The notes beneath the pieces are model-generated. The model searched no databases, had not been told where the DNA came from, and worked only from the letters and a program-made list of their open reading frames with translations. Of a stretch of 18,218 nucleotides of DNA, positions 16,549-18,218 are shown piece after piece (positions within the stretch are counted from its first letter, which is position 1; every line of letters starts with the position of its first letter). Made by a program: the position numbers and the translations under genes. Source of the DNA: a bacterium. Lineage in GTDB: Bacteria; Krumholzibacteriota; Krumholzibacteriia; G020349025. The stretch spans positions 1 to 18,218 of the forward strand of contig JANLSU010000028.1 of the NCBI GenBank assembly GCA_031362565.1, in the 5' to 3' direction.

Positions 16549-17291
16549 AGATGACGGCTTCCTCGCCGCTTGCGAATCGCGGTACGGCCGGCGCGGCGCG
16601 CGCTCGAGCGGCTGCACCCGGTGCGATACGCGCCAAGGTTGTCCTGGGCGTGCTCTTCGGCGCGGTGCTCGCGGTGGCCGGCATTGCGGCCTACGGCACG
16701 GGCTACTCGTACGGGCCGGTGCCGCAACTGACGGTCGCTGCGGCCTCGATGGAGATCCCCAGCGATCCCAAGGCCCTCAAGCAGGTCGAGTCGAAGTTGA
16801 AGCAGCGCCAGAAGCAGCTCTCGGTGGCACTCGACAAGCGGATTCCGAAGGGCGTCTACATCGTCATCGATCAGACGCAAAACCAGATTTTCTTGCGCGA
16901 GAACGATACCGTGTTGCGCGAGGCGAAGTGTTCGGCCGGCTCCGGCATGGTGTTGCAGGAGACCGGCGGCCGGGCTCGCAAGTGGGTCTTCGACACGCCG
17001 CGCGGCGCTTTCAAAGTGCTGACGAAGTTGGAAGACCCAGTGTGGAAGAAGCCCGACTGGGCGTTCATCGAAGAAGGCAAGCCGATCCCCAAGAACGACG
17101 CCGATCGCTTCGATCCAGGCGCGCTCGGGGAATATGCGCTGTACTTCGGCAACGGCTACATGATCCACGGCACGCTGTACGAGCGCTTCTTGGGACGCGG
17201 CGTGAGCCACGGCTGCATTCGTGTCGGACGGGACGACCTGCGAGAGGTGTATCGTGCGGCCAACATCGGCACGCCTATCTATATTTACTAA
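16545..17291 (+). CDS. L,D-transpeptidase, ErfK/SrfK-like YkuD family
   Basis: TM helix, short coiled coil, YIVID, DTPRGAFKV, DPVW, LGEYAL, IHGT...SHGCIRV (His codon 17166, Cys codon 17214), IGTPIYIY. TTGA overlap with the previous gene; alternative ATG at 16551. Confidence 0.93.
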   Translation: MKMTASSPLANRGTAGAARARAAAPGAIRAKVVLGVLFGAVLAVAGIAAYGTGYSYGPVPQLTVAAASMEIPSDPKALKQVESKLKQRQKQLSVALDKRIPKGVYIVIDQTQNQIFLRENDTVLREAKCSAGSGMVLQETGGRARKWVFDTPRGAFKVLTKLEDPVWKKPDWAFIEEGKPIPKNDADRFDPGALGEYALYFGNGYMIHGTLYERFLGRGVSHGCIRVGRDDLREVYRAANIGTPIYIY

Positions 17292-17298
17292 GTCGCAG

Positions 17299-17997
17299 GT
17301 GCGGCGCTTGGCGGCCGTGAGCCTGGCCGTGGCGCTCGGTGCGGCGGCCGTGGCGCGTTCGGATGACACCGGGCAGGCCCGGGCGTCGGTTGCGAGCTTG
17401 GCACAGCAGGTCGCACTCACCGAGCAGCGCGCCGCGTTGGCCGCCAGCGATGATTTCTATGTCGTCGTCGATCCGGTGCGCAACAAGCTCGTGCTCATGC
17501 TCAAGGGCGCGACCTTGCGCGAGTACCCTATCGAGGCCCTCCAGGTCGGCGCGCCGCGCGTCGCCTTCCGCCAGCGGCACTTGGCCGACGACTGGCAGGG
17601 ACGCATTTGGAAAGGCGGCGCACTCGTGCCGGCCCGCGATCACGAGCGCATCGAGATCATTCCGCCCGACAGCACCAAGGTCGATTCGACCAATGCCGCC
17701 GTCTTGGAACCGCCGCCGCTCCCCGAAGACATGTACCCGGTGCCGCCGCGCTACCACGTGCGCTACACGGGCGGCCTGTCGCTCGAGTTCCGGCCGCATG
17801 AGCTGGACGAGTCGCAGAAGTGGACGGCCCGCATTTCGAACGGCCTGCACGGCTGGTACCGCGACATGCGTGCGGCGCTTGCCGAGCAACCGGAAGACGT
17901 CGTGCGGTTGCGCATTCTGATGCAACCGGAACACGCGGCGTCGTTCTACCGCGCACTCCCGCCTTCGACTTTGCTGCTCGTCTTGCCACGGTCGTAG
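17299..17997 (+). CDS. exported protein with a degenerate YkuD-like fold lacking the catalytic His/Cys
   Basis: GTG 8 nt after the previous stop; signal peptide (V/M)RRLAAVSLAVALGAAAVA; FYVVVDPVRNKLVLMLKGATLREYPI and FYRALPPSTLLLVL resemble YkuD terminal strands; no Cys in the protein. Confidence 0.75.
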   Translation: MRRLAAVSLAVALGAAAVARSDDTGQARASVASLAQQVALTEQRAALAASDDFYVVVDPVRNKLVLMLKGATLREYPIEALQVGAPRVAFRQRHLADDWQGRIWKGGALVPARDHERIEIIPPDSTKVDSTNAAVLEPPPLPEDMYPVPPRYHVRYTGGLSLEFRPHELDESQKWTARISNGLHGWYRDMRAALAEQPEDVVRLRILMQPEHAASFYRALPPSTLLLVLPRS

Positions 17998-18218
17998 CGC
18001 AAAGCCAACATGACCAAGCTCCAAGCCAAGTTGCTCCGGCGCGGAGAGCGATTGCTTGGGCGTGGGGGTCTTCGGAGGTGTGGGGCCCCCCCCCGCGCCG
18101 GCAGAAAGGGCCGCGCCGCCGGCGTCGCGGGGCAAATGATTTTGGCGGGCCCCGTAAAAAGCGGTGCGGGGGGCCACACCCCCCCACAAGTTGTCCCAAC
18201 CCGCTTGCGGCAACGGAT

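Noticed and set aside
14748..18213. Minus-strand ORFs of 352, 367, 355 and 312 aa
   Set aside because: Antisense shadows of the lipoprotein/YkuD genes. A QLGLEL clamp-motif-like string near 18040-18020 is not followed by a stop, so it is not supportable as a gene end.
18010..18218. Open plus-strand frame from ATG 18010 (MTKLQAKLLRRG...)
   Set aside because: No SD, low-complexity Gly/Arg/Pro content from homopolymer runs, atypical codon use; cannot be supported.
1..18218. CRISPR arrays, tRNA/rRNA genes, known riboswitches
   Set aside because: No regularly spaced repeats, cloverleaf motifs or recognisable riboswitch consensus seen in any intergenic region.

Overview
High-GC (roughly two-thirds G+C by eye) chromosomal DNA from a diderm bacterium. 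Left to right: (1) the left end and transposase 5' end of an IS256-family element (minus strand, 1-300; absent from the supplied ORF track), apparently inserted into and truncating a secreted protein gene with an FG-GAP-like DxDxDG motif; (2) a 93-aa hypothetical gene with strong expression signals; (3) an orphan XdhC/CoxF-family Moco chaperone; (4) a minus-strand tetR-tolC-MFP-RND efflux operon with a palindromic operator overlapping its promoter; (5) a 2-Cys peroxiredoxin (ahpC); (6) a divergent livKHMGF-type branched-chain amino-acid ABC transporter; (7) a four-gene cell-envelope cluster. The cluster is the most interesting part. It encodes an all-helical Ala/Lys-rich lipoprotein ending in KKKA, a YafK/DpaA-like YkuD enzyme whose N-terminal half looks like a full-length paralog of that lipoprotein, an ErfK-like L,D-transpeptidase, and an apparently catalytically dead YkuD paralog. 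I infer a candidate non-Lpp outer-membrane-to-peptidoglycan tethering system with attach and detach enzymes. All family calls come from motif recognition by eye; no database search was run.
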